Below are positions 61,601 through 64,000 of a stretch of DNA of 64,000 bases, in pieces. The translations under genes and the position numbers were made by a program. The notes beneath the pieces are model-generated. The model worked only from the letters and a program-made list of their open reading frames with translations, had not been told where the DNA came from and did not search any database. Each line of letters opens with the position of its first letter. Position 1 is the stretch's first letter. The DNA comes from Candidatus Omnitrophota bacterium (GTDB taxonomy: Bacteria; Omnitrophota; Gorgyraeia; Zapsychrales; Fredricksoniimonadaceae), in assembly GCA_903860135.1 (NCBI GenBank), contig CAIOPG010000004.1, positions 185,687 to 249,686 of the forward strand, read 5' to 3'.

Positions 61601-63909
61601 TCTGCCCTGTATCCCGGGAAGGATACGGCAGAGGCATAACGGCCGCCATCGCCAAAGATTGAAGCTAATAATTCATCACTCATACCTTTCAAGCGTTCAC
61701 CAAACGCTACGACATCAGCCATTGTAATGGGACCGCTCACCCATGATAAAGAATGATCCGAACCAACAGGAGCCCCGCCACCGCCCCCCATATGTATGGC
61801 TGTAGGCGCCGGAGGAACGCCACCACCATTGCCGGGCAAAGCACTCCCTGGTGTGCCTGGACGTTCGGCATTTGATTGAACGGGTATTGCCTTCTCTCTT
61901 TCAGGGATTAATTTGAATTTATTTACAGGCATCTTTTGTTCGGCTGAATGACCTATGACCTGTGCAGGTATGGCCTTGTTATTAATCGGACGCGGATCCG
62001 TACTATCTGAAATTCTCAGGGCTGTCGCCAGACCCAATGTTTCCAGAATAACCGTACCCACAAGTATTTGGTGCAAATTATTGCTGACTTGCCGCCAGGT
62101 TCTTGTGATCAACGGACGCAATCCACGGGTCATTTCACGGTATCTAGCCAGAACTTCTGCCGCCTGCCTGGATTGCTCATCTGAAGATTCAGCCCAGTTG
62201 GCTTGATCTTGCACGAAACTCAAAACAATACTAGCGACATTGATAGCTTCCGTCTTCAAGCCACCATTGTTGATCGTCTCACGCAAGGTCATTAGAATAC
62301 GATTATCGGCATCAGCGACTTCGTCCCTGTTCTGTTCATACCAAACAAGGAAGGCGGCGGCTGTCTGGACAATCTGCGTTTCGTTCAACCCTTCAGCACG
62401 TGCAATAGTTACCGTAAATTTATCAACGTCGGTTGGTTGTTTAATTTTGGTGAGATCAATCCCAATGTTCAAGGTTACATGCTGTTTACCTGCCAGCAAT
62501 GTTTCAGTATGGACATTAATGCCATTTTCAGAAACGGTTACATTTTTATATTTACCTGTTTTCTTATCTTGGACAAAAGCGACACGCACATCCGAAGAAT
62601 TACCCTTAAAGATCAAAAGAGCAGAACCATATTTATTGTTGGTCATATGAACAACCTGATCGCCAGATTGAATGTCCAATTCAGGAATAGTTTCCTTAAC
62701 CCTCAAATGGACATTAAACCCGTTATTCCCATCAGGAAGACGCTCTTGAACAGTTTCTATTGCTTTGCCGTCTGCCAAAGTAAAGGCTTCACCGGCGGGC
62801 AAGGTTGCTTGCTGGAGTCGATCCTGTTCTTCGTTATATAAAGTAACTGTGTCACGTACCTCATTGCTAGAAATACTTCTGTTCGAACCGCACACAACCG
62901 TGATTGCTTCTGTGGCAACAACGTTCATATCCGAAGGCACGGCGCCATTTTTGAACTGATCGGCCATTTTTCTTAATGATGGATTCTCGCTATTTCGAAG
63001 AGCTTCTGCCAAACCAGGCTGATTGTCAATGACGCTGACAAGAAGCGCAGCAAAATGTGCGCGCTTCTGTGCTGTTAAATATGCTGGCAAACCAGTCAGT
63101 ATGACATCGGTGGCCTGTTCAACAATATAATGGCCCCCTTTATAATTAACCTTATATCCGACAACCAGTTGAACGGGTTCTGTCCCTGCCTGCAATACAG
63201 CCAGCGGTGCGTAAATAATACCGTCTTTGACAACCACTGATTGCCTTTCAGGATTTTGTTGATCCTGATAGAACGCCGCGCGCAACTCATCGGGATCCTC
63301 TTTCTTAAAGACAAGGATAATGTCAAAAGTCTTGGAACCATTTTTGTCCAAAAGAGCATCTTTGGTATTTCCAACGATGACGGTTTTTTCACCATAGAGC
63401 TTATGGCTAACGGGTTGAAGCATGATGCGGTCGCCCTGCTCAATACCCAGCGCCGGGATAGTCTGATCAGCCGTGAACTCTTCATATTTCTTGCCATGGG
63501 TATCTGTTTGAATAGTACGCGTGTATGGGATATTGATGCCATCGACTTGCAGGGCATCCGGATCTTGCCTAACACCCTCAAGATCGATGCGCTCAGCTTT
63601 GCCGTTCTTAAAGGCGATATACGCCACCGGGTGCTGCTCATTGAACGGAACATTGCGTCCTTTTTCATCCGTCTGTTGCGTCGTAGATTTCTTATAGACC
63701 GTCTGCGTCTGCCGATCAAGCACTTCTCCCGGCTGTAACACGACGGATCCCTGACCAAACACGGACAGCAACTTGCTATCTCCCTGCTCCAAATAACGCG
63801 CTTGTTCCTGCAAGCGGGATATGACCGCGCCCAGGCTTTGTTGGATGATCTCCACATTATTAGTCACATGAACAGCCTGAACAACGCGCAACGCTGTCAA
63901 CTCATCCAT
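37636..63909 (-). CDS. Giant multi-domain membrane protein, at least 8757 aa, 5' end probably outside the window; no family assignable
   Basis: Single uninterrupted 26,274-nt ORF. The frame stays open upstream of the ATG at 63909 to position 64000 (translates ...RQIHIWRKREQLLIADQPTGRAIIAHAAEE-MDEL). Contains repeats, an internal lipobox, OMP-like beta-rich region, more than 20 predicted TM helices and pentapeptide repeats (itemised as sub-features). Confidence 0.8.
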   Translation of the reverse strand: MDELTALRVVQAVHVTNNVEIIQQSLGAVISRLQEQARYLEQGDSKLLSVFGQGSVVLQPGEVLDRQTQTVYKKSTTQQTDEKGRNVPFNEQHPVAYIAFKNGKAERIDLEGVRQDPDALQVDGINIPYTRTIQTDTHGKKYEEFTADQTIPALGIEQGDRIMLQPVSHKLYGEKTVIVGNTKDALLDKNGSKTFDIILVFKKEDPDELRAAFYQDQQNPERQSVVVKDGIIYAPLAVLQAGTEPVQLVVGYKVNYKGGHYIVEQATDVILTGLPAYLTAQKRAHFAALLVSVIDNQPGLAEALRNSENPSLRKMADQFKNGAVPSDMNVVATEAITVVCGSNRSISSNEVRDTVTLYNEEQDRLQQATLPAGEAFTLADGKAIETVQERLPDGNNGFNVHLRVKETIPELDIQSGDQVVHMTNNKYGSALLIFKGNSSDVRVAFVQDKKTGKYKNVTVSENGINVHTETLLAGKQHVTLNIGIDLTKIKQPTDVDKFTVTIARAEGLNETQIVQTAAAFLVWYEQNRDEVADADNRILMTLRETINNGGLKTEAINVASIVLSFVQDQANWAESSDEQSRQAAEVLARYREMTRGLRPLITRTWRQVSNNLHQILVGTVILETLGLATALRISDSTDPRPINNKAIPAQVIGHSAEQKMPVNKFKLIPEREKAIPVQSNAERPGTPGSALPGNGGGVPPAPTAIHMGGGGGAPVGSDHSLSWVSGPITMADVVAFGERLKGMSDELLASIFGDGGRYASAVSFPGYRAEWLGQGNAGNATNTVLVTNEGARNALGVQVDEVVGNEKNGFYALALPAQDVANDGQSGEGLNSHNGTATVRPTHVVTVVKNSRIQVKIDGINNGSVSEGSISGQKIAKTDWTNDVALTVDGLRSMNMLYNAANVNVQRALGASVKYGINSTSVEPANFLADGSKAYNRAQGNRSDVVSSNVSKAALTVETNNCSVSALNYSGKNENIPTGASWLAEESKNVPAPVSGLPVNTQDMELVVHQVYQPNYGLTKPEWIVTNARQQELVVLGIKGASEKATTVIKTYTGVYPSSRTNGRGFGNSTANKIEGTVGSLTRNIPEVSAPEEVVYTTGSYSLIWSVVTASRVSSTFSESRFDDNRDARNNYGLIALSAREFVAVGRQQDAEQPVIHFVEQRFTVRNDLTAEGETWRAGKTVSDETAFVAETVVPARAYAYPHHQFITHHQTFNTINFGFVAQIPEADMSVTGVGVGSTGHPSATVLGPALTHHLIQTTHFGSVTQQPAAIKSVAGVEVGLTGHPSVPVLNPASTNDFTLAGMAGNGLATLLMLGAFVPALLRGKKNGWMSGSVRFLSLVAMLALAGCSAQQKEPVVKVQASSTPIVLDTTAGGLDSSKAAVMPDSLRKGFKPASEALPTPVTQYALPKGKIDPVAESIQLVGSSVTHIKGVTFERGVRQQERRASVAHVRSILTGTPRMMGKGVVEIASGHVTVVYKGLTDINMVKAATAGEVFASATAKDGYTVEIRQNGKPVSIARIRLNKTQGLPGTVLTAVENWYRGNDLSNNPAKELAKQKREKERLEETIARLRGNAPENSSLTRQAGEAAVGVVKNLWLGQYLTPAALQKEALNVARQNGASDDQSILDARVILDNQMPSGAYSLGSLLSVGPTVPGSTSLSNLIAAATRKSDPFTTTLNRVWAVGGVIDQAINFAGSFRGPDAEESYVVSRTDNGFSYIIDGNVINTGDRKRVVPTGLTIIKVPTSLLKSILGNIPYVKDVFGTNEPFVLKRHVWAAVVGDMEKLINTTADNETDENITWVRSRPVQGTSVTKKSKTLPGDQFLIYYKIDRNKLYSTQGKEGVTEMFQVFRFEGSTTDGLYAPLEDFKAAWLKSVGLFQHEGEVAPIISRRQREQNAAMARSLQAGVENGRENRGIAVNPSAGVKFGDSYLKDDTKHRFDIQAVPTFRDGRYQWVPALVDLDRPILTPEGKPLMWPEHRDDKDVLVPAKPVFAVVLSSAKETLSSLAFALGGTFDRDVHTGVTFVFRLKQQPTLEHPESVYELVERRPGTAPDAVGTFKVEPQHVDKGKTFGDKVPSPIYLTSGSAYELLPAGVSLPGRQTKDTIEVYIDLSKALPGLSLARIILADRIIYLYTQADMKQYQVEPLSEDNKLKFQTYLGSRGLNPEEYITQGNIVTDGPGIKPGEVGLMEYSSNDKKLVKKFKENPDAKGVTEDSLGNLTAVPEVPMLVTIPTDYESNRLRVDAAVEQALSGVDFKRFGKGYGTLTELGRQIESSNLQQYALAGQAQSAVRKAEKTGAGLSFDADLPVNQARIDQLQYLHSSIGLSRMETAPLYNTIPGVFDDKALDWAAKQVKSFADGATVMRRYAEITPLLWGRLYFTPETVTTNEQAVAYIQSTYIDPIAPAILESQQNIAALSLQNTHNYDTVYSSPADMEKARGYYLGKDGNVGAIEEAKNSVVFWRQQLAKAEGNPTLIGILEKALSLAQRKQINIERAWGRVVQDAKDMVLSDPAVNPDAANFLQGQIDKIDADILKAQNNLASLQTKARENDYSTVFLSQAEITAAHDYYVGADGTGGYIKSLEDGRTYWNTERDKANAAGDTARVQFLESCLANTEITLTAARANLVRVMQDRTDMTRYDPSVDNDAAAYIQSQVSLIDAEISTNQGYIDNLNLMESQHFSTVLFSPTQIEAARNYYLGSNGTGGYIQSLENGLAYWNAELNKATAAGDTVWAGFLQKAVDETAAKRLVAVADLARVNQDAVDLQSGGFDPYAVVDQKIAIINDRIAALNQSKDVYRSAPTTQYFNYNPVSLTNVFNQKIANLQADIAVLENSKALYRNAPTTQYFGYSPVNLDAVVSEKTAIETENIAILNETKTLFDSSIIVSVQDFKNIPLQDPAEYIPYYTGARHTEIMSEVAYLQKGKNLTPEATATVQALINNVETMDRVAIAHGSELDFDRPIMLLAQDALSFNETMSTLWAENLRLSQKLRTGFDDLSIFTPDVAAKMKKNKEFADEVMNNLRNAVANGAGASRAVNDALGSRNNARQQVMDAYAPAQAIEAQMAAAEKQRLEVSARYTAEAAVYSQRIKEELEKALQVIKGLHLAPAAEASAISLVKGEFAARIKAAAYVVDEAGVVVVLTPEVSAMGSSTNNIHNGTAVSFGSTTRPLFNGATWTLGAGSRQPYDATAAPVSLTAATVNWLTYNPTTIFNSSFNLTQYRQSNYLILDAHDPTSDAGHTTVNTNTTVLDYAVAFKRDVADNGSNKVSVYLGWDSFVAWADQNNARTYGTNVQAAVSNAILNGGKITVEVGRTQGTANTTAEFTYWDAFTHDRLRDAQGNVVPSEKINLSAAQAEQFARAVYQYEIVKGLKVSVGVERRQNAGVTSFAGLALNGTLMGAESSASLVYSHDGRLGINGTVGHLNGFYSDGNYGAGLSAKVGGLQTFAGWKASGGVDIGIGTNLGITPGQSLVPGFSLTRGVTLDVVKNKNKDLKLPAGTPRDATTIQNLDMVVPYNSVDPQPINREITVTGDVSSEGQTSILMTRDGQVVHLSPDVLETLKAMYDGQGRAIVQGILPVAVSKEEYAYLTRKDLKLAIPLKYWKGTDQALARMGVIYDRETKRFALKVNGILLPMGAGDAMVLPAGTYTLGGKTITSAYPIILEPMKGALEESIAQLKKRPYNESSYVVVLKDKASKIFSSKEQVLKEVPKYAEYVLSIDHMDPLGGNTIEYMSLAQRLVRMDVGQPIIRCELNDPEEGSALMNSAYLVEFPRQDSAKAQWKDKVFVTLNQVQAYWHDLVDVLHVEKGDKLGLVGDGTTRNLGAFYLMDDRKGSKIVEGLKVYGFDDYIAGRRTPINYVVERGKIHFKNVELKVSDILNPSNASTNLFATAIALTDKETTSKGNYDKSFLGEKLISWYPDTYRDGKPVSGMVEVLFPDRTSRMYNFSQARGIDFSHEVSYTPTRQVLTLSPEVIRKAVLTHPSVKAAYTYNPKDGKYHFARGTLLQPNRFPGSIFPLDFGGIWGWKMEYTRGDITYTYVLKQDRNDPNRFVDARLIEVAQDSLTLTLEQARQQVFNIKGNINGREVTLLEQFDQTIAMLKQQQGITGDVHIVESRLKIIGNGTHLVRKLKEDPKNHIVALQSAPLVEDATFVVNTQFDKQMASEAYGIMTRAETTGHQGDVYFEKTGGRIAPEEFYRQQQLDKVIGFAERQKDLAFLGYKNLIRIERRTLLGSLNDTTKKVDLNLVRYIPDNDPLPVDVIKIENNAYRFMEYRSVQKGYFDRKMALPFMVASGEVAVQPETNRVVRKTEFEQAFAHCYSYSVLYEWRQEHEFNAKAQIKILYWFDSGKIEEFYPKEHFVQVTYDGKPAYTMHLGGTLTNLDNTLEYLKSPERSRTTLDIHQYSTFMTRYFELADGTIVREVRQVPVTQDNTEILSRLSVNNKVVAVFAMDPINKTINLLNGERFYGEVYKNSNLDLFSNSLTGRALMSLGLNDKSVMSINGKYISVRQKIWTPLQQAAEKQEPSVTSSVARNPSADMPIYNDVVNQHWLLILTLPILAAILLATLTSSVFPSVRRLRDYWARHYGTVKLNHEMPLDEIVEVFERRGGLSHEEAVALAKAKIAFDLANGLIVPGKKADVMHFLETYDLITDDNREDVESQYSLTDKINAIETGWKSAYRDGVLSYEAYQENRSKLRQAMDNIEEHGGLERLEKQILDAYTVRERLEAGGMDSEQVEQLVAMYEKKVISFDENARDYMQAVRSEEAARSRALWIKGAFDKVRRVIKANTTIKARLEGRPLVSLMVRLASILDKVEKAWHLESLLQDPLTTGDLLTMIRVRAAKGVRHAVGIMDLLERVLPLDDAGKRAWLKAALVEVEKRRNKNLQVTIAEALDAAFERALEPVLRAFLAKHNLDVLVAEAARMPGSAVTEPFTHRLSFDAVLLKLAKKQIDAYAATKKVSNNTIKQIMDAKKTQFDEAGIPIPGFRELFKAAEAERQRQMASNERAVFEPIYANLIYLVSTTLKFKNQLARIYSITEVKHKSDITRKYTQEKSLEVISIQELYKVIEVRAGNEGAKDHSIFYRLRTPEAREAVHLLEHHYAGFEEALAQHAEALSLNKALYSFNDVVKMFIREKVLRNRIDEFIVYHGLSFATETHKEDYYRQMLAEFEFQVAQRPSRMPLTYAQMNFIGNPTTVFKASEPVTFEAYLFFKYMQSPRNETEHLSFGGDGFIFQEVLFLTHWFMDKRRNAYPDANLNPQAMKEYHDFIRQNVRFWRYLFYMNNLKHVTNEMQGIYNWVADSDKHGIKKQGNITLTHGFYDEKILYFFQNLSKRLIRTNISREASLEAYNMDVFEEFEAMLAQVAETSAEREAMVLEGCELLKARQGTFKQAGFEAAAGARGAIIYDAMTKIKVNGKAPIRRVANDEAKFELSWDVINKNANVFGLTVEEVEGLAAFYEKTVKAKYAEEDMEKDNSRRDDEDRGVLARLQQSIKVVLAKKDTDTADYGVFARLQQRINAVSANKGKNTAANLYMETLLPCFKPFLIAYWHMLELDSPIAFRKEIEVEKKKGMFHLYKRIYGLFGGLLGKFKRSATGRKHQTTFQDTLGVHSPVKRAVLAALMLTGLAGSFWLLSVTGSVGLLVFGLFWSISTSAVLFSYMPVKGEKTFWVFVSTTYSLVEGILAWLLFGKWYTAMMLAGTFGMFNTAALWAIITIVMLKPVIVVYRVIKSNYQTRSEIWNPVVRSRHNLFFSLFRPYWDRDNRKYFGRVNRVYQRVENVYGYILPNWVTFAEHIDGLGIELYRSGRINARERQLLRRAVYLGTDFPRLEGEQAREYLYMNMNSPAYRRVEVDTYAKHKQMVTNVQTYIEQVSHTPEAFLGKGTMSLVIDAPQERALAKMIKMHYARKGMGAMERLNMVGKVLTLIKNGSAELYSDFTRTGVKRILTENKIDEDLVKKIDAELAKIEILQGSITASMFGYLARTHGVEYANMLAKLRLQGFAALADDLALADEHFDFMGVLKKAYATSPEAVLAAVNLMGPMMDEIDPANRAVMASFAKAVITVHLLAGMSNADTDYRHAVMLADQEFDSLQEAYERWVAASKVGALTGTQEQIHLKELFITDTQFPHYKEITKSKIMQMLMMTTMWQNADPARSNIRLLNDERARALAEEKGFADATHKWAFMPVAEKIRAGQKAGASAVNRAFAAYVAQKFPNYDQHLFFMDGIERFVFADKMEFAALVLGFRATHYDLFLEGGVIKEYNAMIEWAHVFESAHASNAHVPIYEGDEIISTLKNGGIALNIWLHNNVCAYQDTQVRVMPGSNPYRLNAAEFMGRHPEAVVINPAFLIWGSSGFAYPGRRVYKLMQQVFSQVAQMGFKGMALFYGKAMINPAAGANLLMTPVEDSGAYLIQKEINPEVYATTQLAWVWEWLRPCLHAESVFWTEVRYVFNVSYMLLSSMMYKVFTNKHIGADFKLSVLENFFHYLVVAFGFILSLAIPTMMAWSGMAYLMPIWGWLLASIILMNAVNLFNLLRHIYRYGSFWYGFYLFVQDVYRAFPYCVSMLWSFVEGALMVSHFKFSFIPTSRTALFALFDTFTRFSKGLLKFGAHTEKRLKKSLTALATVLLVAGFVGFFLPASILAVGHTWMPWFALAAAGILFAMAGVLHTMTRVHLVGIPMVGIMGTVIILAGVVPFLFSTAIGAVSIVPYILLGIALLTGTSVFGTFVDVKISWGAALGSLVRYFLEVSAVETGKTIDPKTIVALNKFDRFVKYGYGRYQLSGWRLAEMFGDRWAIRTFAGLVITFLVFGIFLSGTALAMPIWLNWIFVLGIAGTGYFGFRSVREMIGMTRTVLAAQIKGVFKERKILRRGNKNDKNNKGDQSNNKDKGSQHGKNNSIFSKTLNIARQAVGTVVKYVRSRESHPKTAPPSSTAMPGLALPLFLMMIPSTWSLSALMSPPVLAFVGGVLVLVAVGAVIAWLWHAGPDVKASRMADASPPVGVLRVSNFFRKVTSVVLPVIVVASLLFPGSVTAKPAVISSDVNKIVVSTPKDERLMDSAVELWFAAQPAVMDALQVSAPADKTRVDMVGQERRHQERWVSSQNPVVEDHRGLEIVGGVAVLLVLIAAGRAVKKFAARFFILLGLGMLLTAAPVQAEARAVQLPAVASPVVIGENPGQGINGAPADALRYREDEGDRKFQEETNEEVARYEFRQKISFILEYESEILYFAIVILIAYMLGIKGKGEGRGALWIKTVATTTFMCFFIASFENMMCTVCCIVIAHFGIEKITNRNNRKKNTTAAMILAMLLAGGSAEAAERVQAAVKVDMVIPVAQGHNRALDMISGLLVVMGSVIGRKNQSRQTFYVNRNGRVAVPSFLLRKAQSEQRRDRNKKKMAVPVVVAESPTAMAKAIRQVKLWLAIAGLSVMTGIGYQVRVIQEGAMPATMPRAVLQQTPAPVAYAPADATRVVVPLPKVHAPFVYDAPGQGKQGAPADKTRVMLPMPRTKAGVVYDNPGQGKFGTPATATATAIQARSFGVSPMVNQEGLLVGGLIAGLSLLVGALGLKKFAAKSSILLVLGMLSTAAPVQAEARAVQPTAMASSWDVDDRSRQEETDEAVARLEYELEILDLALDLALDFAIVILIAYMLGIKGKGEGRGALWIKTVATTTFMCFFIASFENMMWTVCCIVIAHFGIEKITNRNNRKKNTTAAMILGMLLAGGSAEAAERVQAAVKVDMAIPAVTAVPVAAPVAVVTPEMVGQGKQGAPADATRVTLPVPRTKAGVVYDNPGQGKFGTPADATATAIQARSFGVSPMVNQDGLLVGGLIAGLSLLVGALGLKKFAAKSSVLLILGILLTAVPVMAAVPAAAVGATASISAAALVAGGVALLIAGVVIGKSAKPVTAEEEIQRAREHNIKLGEQLAKGLFERVSGAAHKVALNCMDLLRARGVDLHAFTTLIYPAAGNSDPLNAVLLAQHFPNLTTFHFISTGYEFVQNMEDLRQQCLTKLRSIDAQRTFSVELTSEDYYSWSQQWRHTRRGISSSVIMIDKGPGDNAKMRGEQPFYRSMLADTQKGDIVLMVPYGKHDYKWSGCVGTGLYFPNIHGWGEFKNWVAGLRTSVDSRKVVALASALPLPLRLNVMRNPMAYGLKRDVSSSMTATRQLPVHAWPLLFLISSGSLGSLVATIGVSAWPWLAVGVVLIALGVIWVQAVRVGPEDQEVWMTKNTLSSRQRLIRPRLAPLLFTLEDIPFSWFDMPGGAAAVKAMLGQVRAWLARVRAGGGRMPGLLGRLFLKTVAYQESAPAETNIPGLFEADGFYRLLRDHILPLLAQKQAADPAQPLRWLSAGGVSVTHWGAPAHIKLIKMAARPPRPQPLACHALPLFFLMLPGMTGVPAAVILASSLALVAVGIAAVNAATTLRRAHQEAAAVHEKNKELKDDVPMVETRWGITEPVCPFAESYFRQAWDKHDWELVRMPFDRINFYLASHAEEAIPLATYGSDFSRDVCVLKKSVERLSGRRTAVILDAPILYDVIQGKRRLEGLIVRYGSPKAGKIDMYLYRPFRGGQLLSVIKNEVGISFLNNSSVKERLENIVNMPKDNKPLLRINERALVGNKLISLLKGMDYSIISCDLPVLNDVDLSGAKFYRTNLMDARLVDVSLQRANFKEASLRFIRMNRVSAIGADFSRIFMPQANVVDSDFSGINAFKGNFSHGIFENVNFSGADLRGADFSSAQLSRCDFTGAQLEGADFTHALIEDSQYTPFTGMMRLMLPAGRP
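37639..38090 (-). other. C-terminal pentapeptide-repeat domain of giant protein
   Basis: Clean 5-residue periodicity: ADFSR IFMPQ ANVVD SDFSG INAFK GNFSH GIFEN VNFSG ADLRG ADFSS AQLSR CDFTG AQLEG ADFTH. Confidence 0.7.
40420..42650 (-). repeat. Intragenic tandem duplication (two units of ~1260 and ~820 bp plus a diverged partial copy), each with a ~250-bp AT-rich core
   Basis: Near-identical DNA at 42060-42310 vs 40860-41110 (AT-rich cores encoding FAIVILIAYMLGIKGKGEGRGALWIKTVATTTFMCFFIASFENMM.TVCCIVIAHFGIEKITNRNNRKK). Near-identical DNA also at 41241-41470 vs 40423-40650 (GQGKQGAPAD...LLVGGLIAGLSLLVGALGLKKFAAKSS). Confidence 0.75.
41047..41076. repeat. 12-bp microsatellite (atccaaagcaag x2.5) inside the second AT-rich core
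   Basis: Encodes LDLALDLALD. Absent from the first copy (42060-42310), so copy number differs between the duplicated units. Confidence 0.6.
42900..44800 (-). other. Polytopic membrane domain II of giant protein (about 15 TM helices) with K/N-rich low-complexity linker
   Basis: Consecutive hydrophobic helices, e.g. LVVAFGFILSLAIPTMMAWSGMAYLMPIWGWLLASIILMNAV and ILAGVVPFLFSTAIGAVSIVPYILLGIALLTG. Linker RRGNKNDKNNKGDQSNNKDKGSQHGKNNS at about 43250-43350. Confidence 0.6.
46700..47140 (-). other. Polytopic membrane domain I of giant protein (4-5 TM helices)
   Basis: LAALMLTGLAGSFWLLSVTGSVGLLVFGLFWSISTSAVLF ... TAMMLAGTFGMFNTAALWAIITIVMLKPVIVVY. Confidence 0.55.
53450..54130 (-). other. OMP-like beta-barrel-type segment of giant protein
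   Basis: Alternating hydrophobic/polar, G/Y/W/F-rich strands: SVYLGWDSFVAWADQ..., LKVSVGVERRQNAGVTSFAGLALNGTLMGAESSASLVYSHDGRLGINGTVGHLNGFYSDGNYGAGLSAKVGGLQTFAGWKASGGVDIGIGTNLGI. Resembles autotransporter/porin beta-domains. Fold not verified. Confidence 0.4.
55690..56640 (-). repeat. Three tandem ~381-bp (127-aa) repeats inside giant gene, followed by two ~45-aa repeats (55330-55570)
   Basis: Units ARGYYLGKDGNVGAIEEAK.., AHDYYVGADGTGGYIKSLEDGRTYWN.., ARNYYLGSNGTGGYIQSLENGLAYWN.. start at about 56605, 56225 and 55842. Then YRSAPTTQYFNYNPVSL.. and YRNAPTTQYFGYSPVNL... Confidence 0.7.
59860..59990 (-). other. Internal TM hairpin with lipoprotein-type signal (lipobox LAGC) at about residue 1330 of giant protein
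   Basis: LATLLMLGAFVPALLRGKKNGW-MSGSVRFLSLVAMLALAGCSAQQKEP. In-frame ATG at about 59922 preceded by a positively charged n-region. Confidence 0.5.
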
Positions 63910-64000
63910 TTCCTCGGCGGCATGGGCAATGATCGCCCGCCCTGTTGGTTGATCTGCTATTAATAACTGTTCTCTTTCTCCAAATGTGAATTTGTCTTCG

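Overview
This 64-kb, moderately GC-rich window is coded almost entirely on the minus strand, and its rightmost 26 kb is one uninterrupted minus-strand ORF (37636..63909) of at least 8757 codons that stays open past the window edge.

Positions 1-37.6 kb carry mostly conserved housekeeping genes:
- a secretin plus a co-translated downstream lipoprotein (partial);
- mutL-mutS, a PabB-like chorismate-binding enzyme, mnmE-folC-purH, a sub-60-aa rpsU with its terminator, and nth-mnmG;
- a VIT-family protein;
- a soluble PRC-MgtE_N-CBS protein translationally coupled to a divergent NRAMP transporter.

Interspersed in that region are:
- a two-gene operon of secreted coiled-coil repeat proteins;
- a small accessory islet between pabB and mnmE (VapC/AbrB-type toxin-antitoxin pair, IS66-family transposase remnant, class II Fic protein, and an orphan VapB-like antitoxin followed by a terminator);
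- a carbohydrate-utilisation cluster (GH94-like (alpha/alpha)6 phosphorylase-type enzyme, lipoprotein substrate-binding protein, two ABC permeases, a TIM-barrel glycoside hydrolase, and two accessory secreted proteins that share a novel repeat);
- two tandem single-domain PilZ genes, a small membrane protein, and cvpA.

The giant ORF has mosaic base composition. From sequence alone it appears to encode, in N-to-C order:
- a beta-rich N-terminal region with internal ~190-aa repeats;
- an internal lipobox-type signal/TM hairpin;
- three ~127-aa and two ~45-aa tandem repeats;
- an OMP-like beta-barrel segment;
- a long helical region;
- two polytopic membrane domains separated by a large soluble domain;
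- a near-identical tandem duplication whose cores are strongly AT-rich;
- a C-terminal pentapeptide-repeat domain.

I cannot assign it to a known family. It is the prime candidate for the undescribed system. No rRNA, tRNA or CRISPR was seen.
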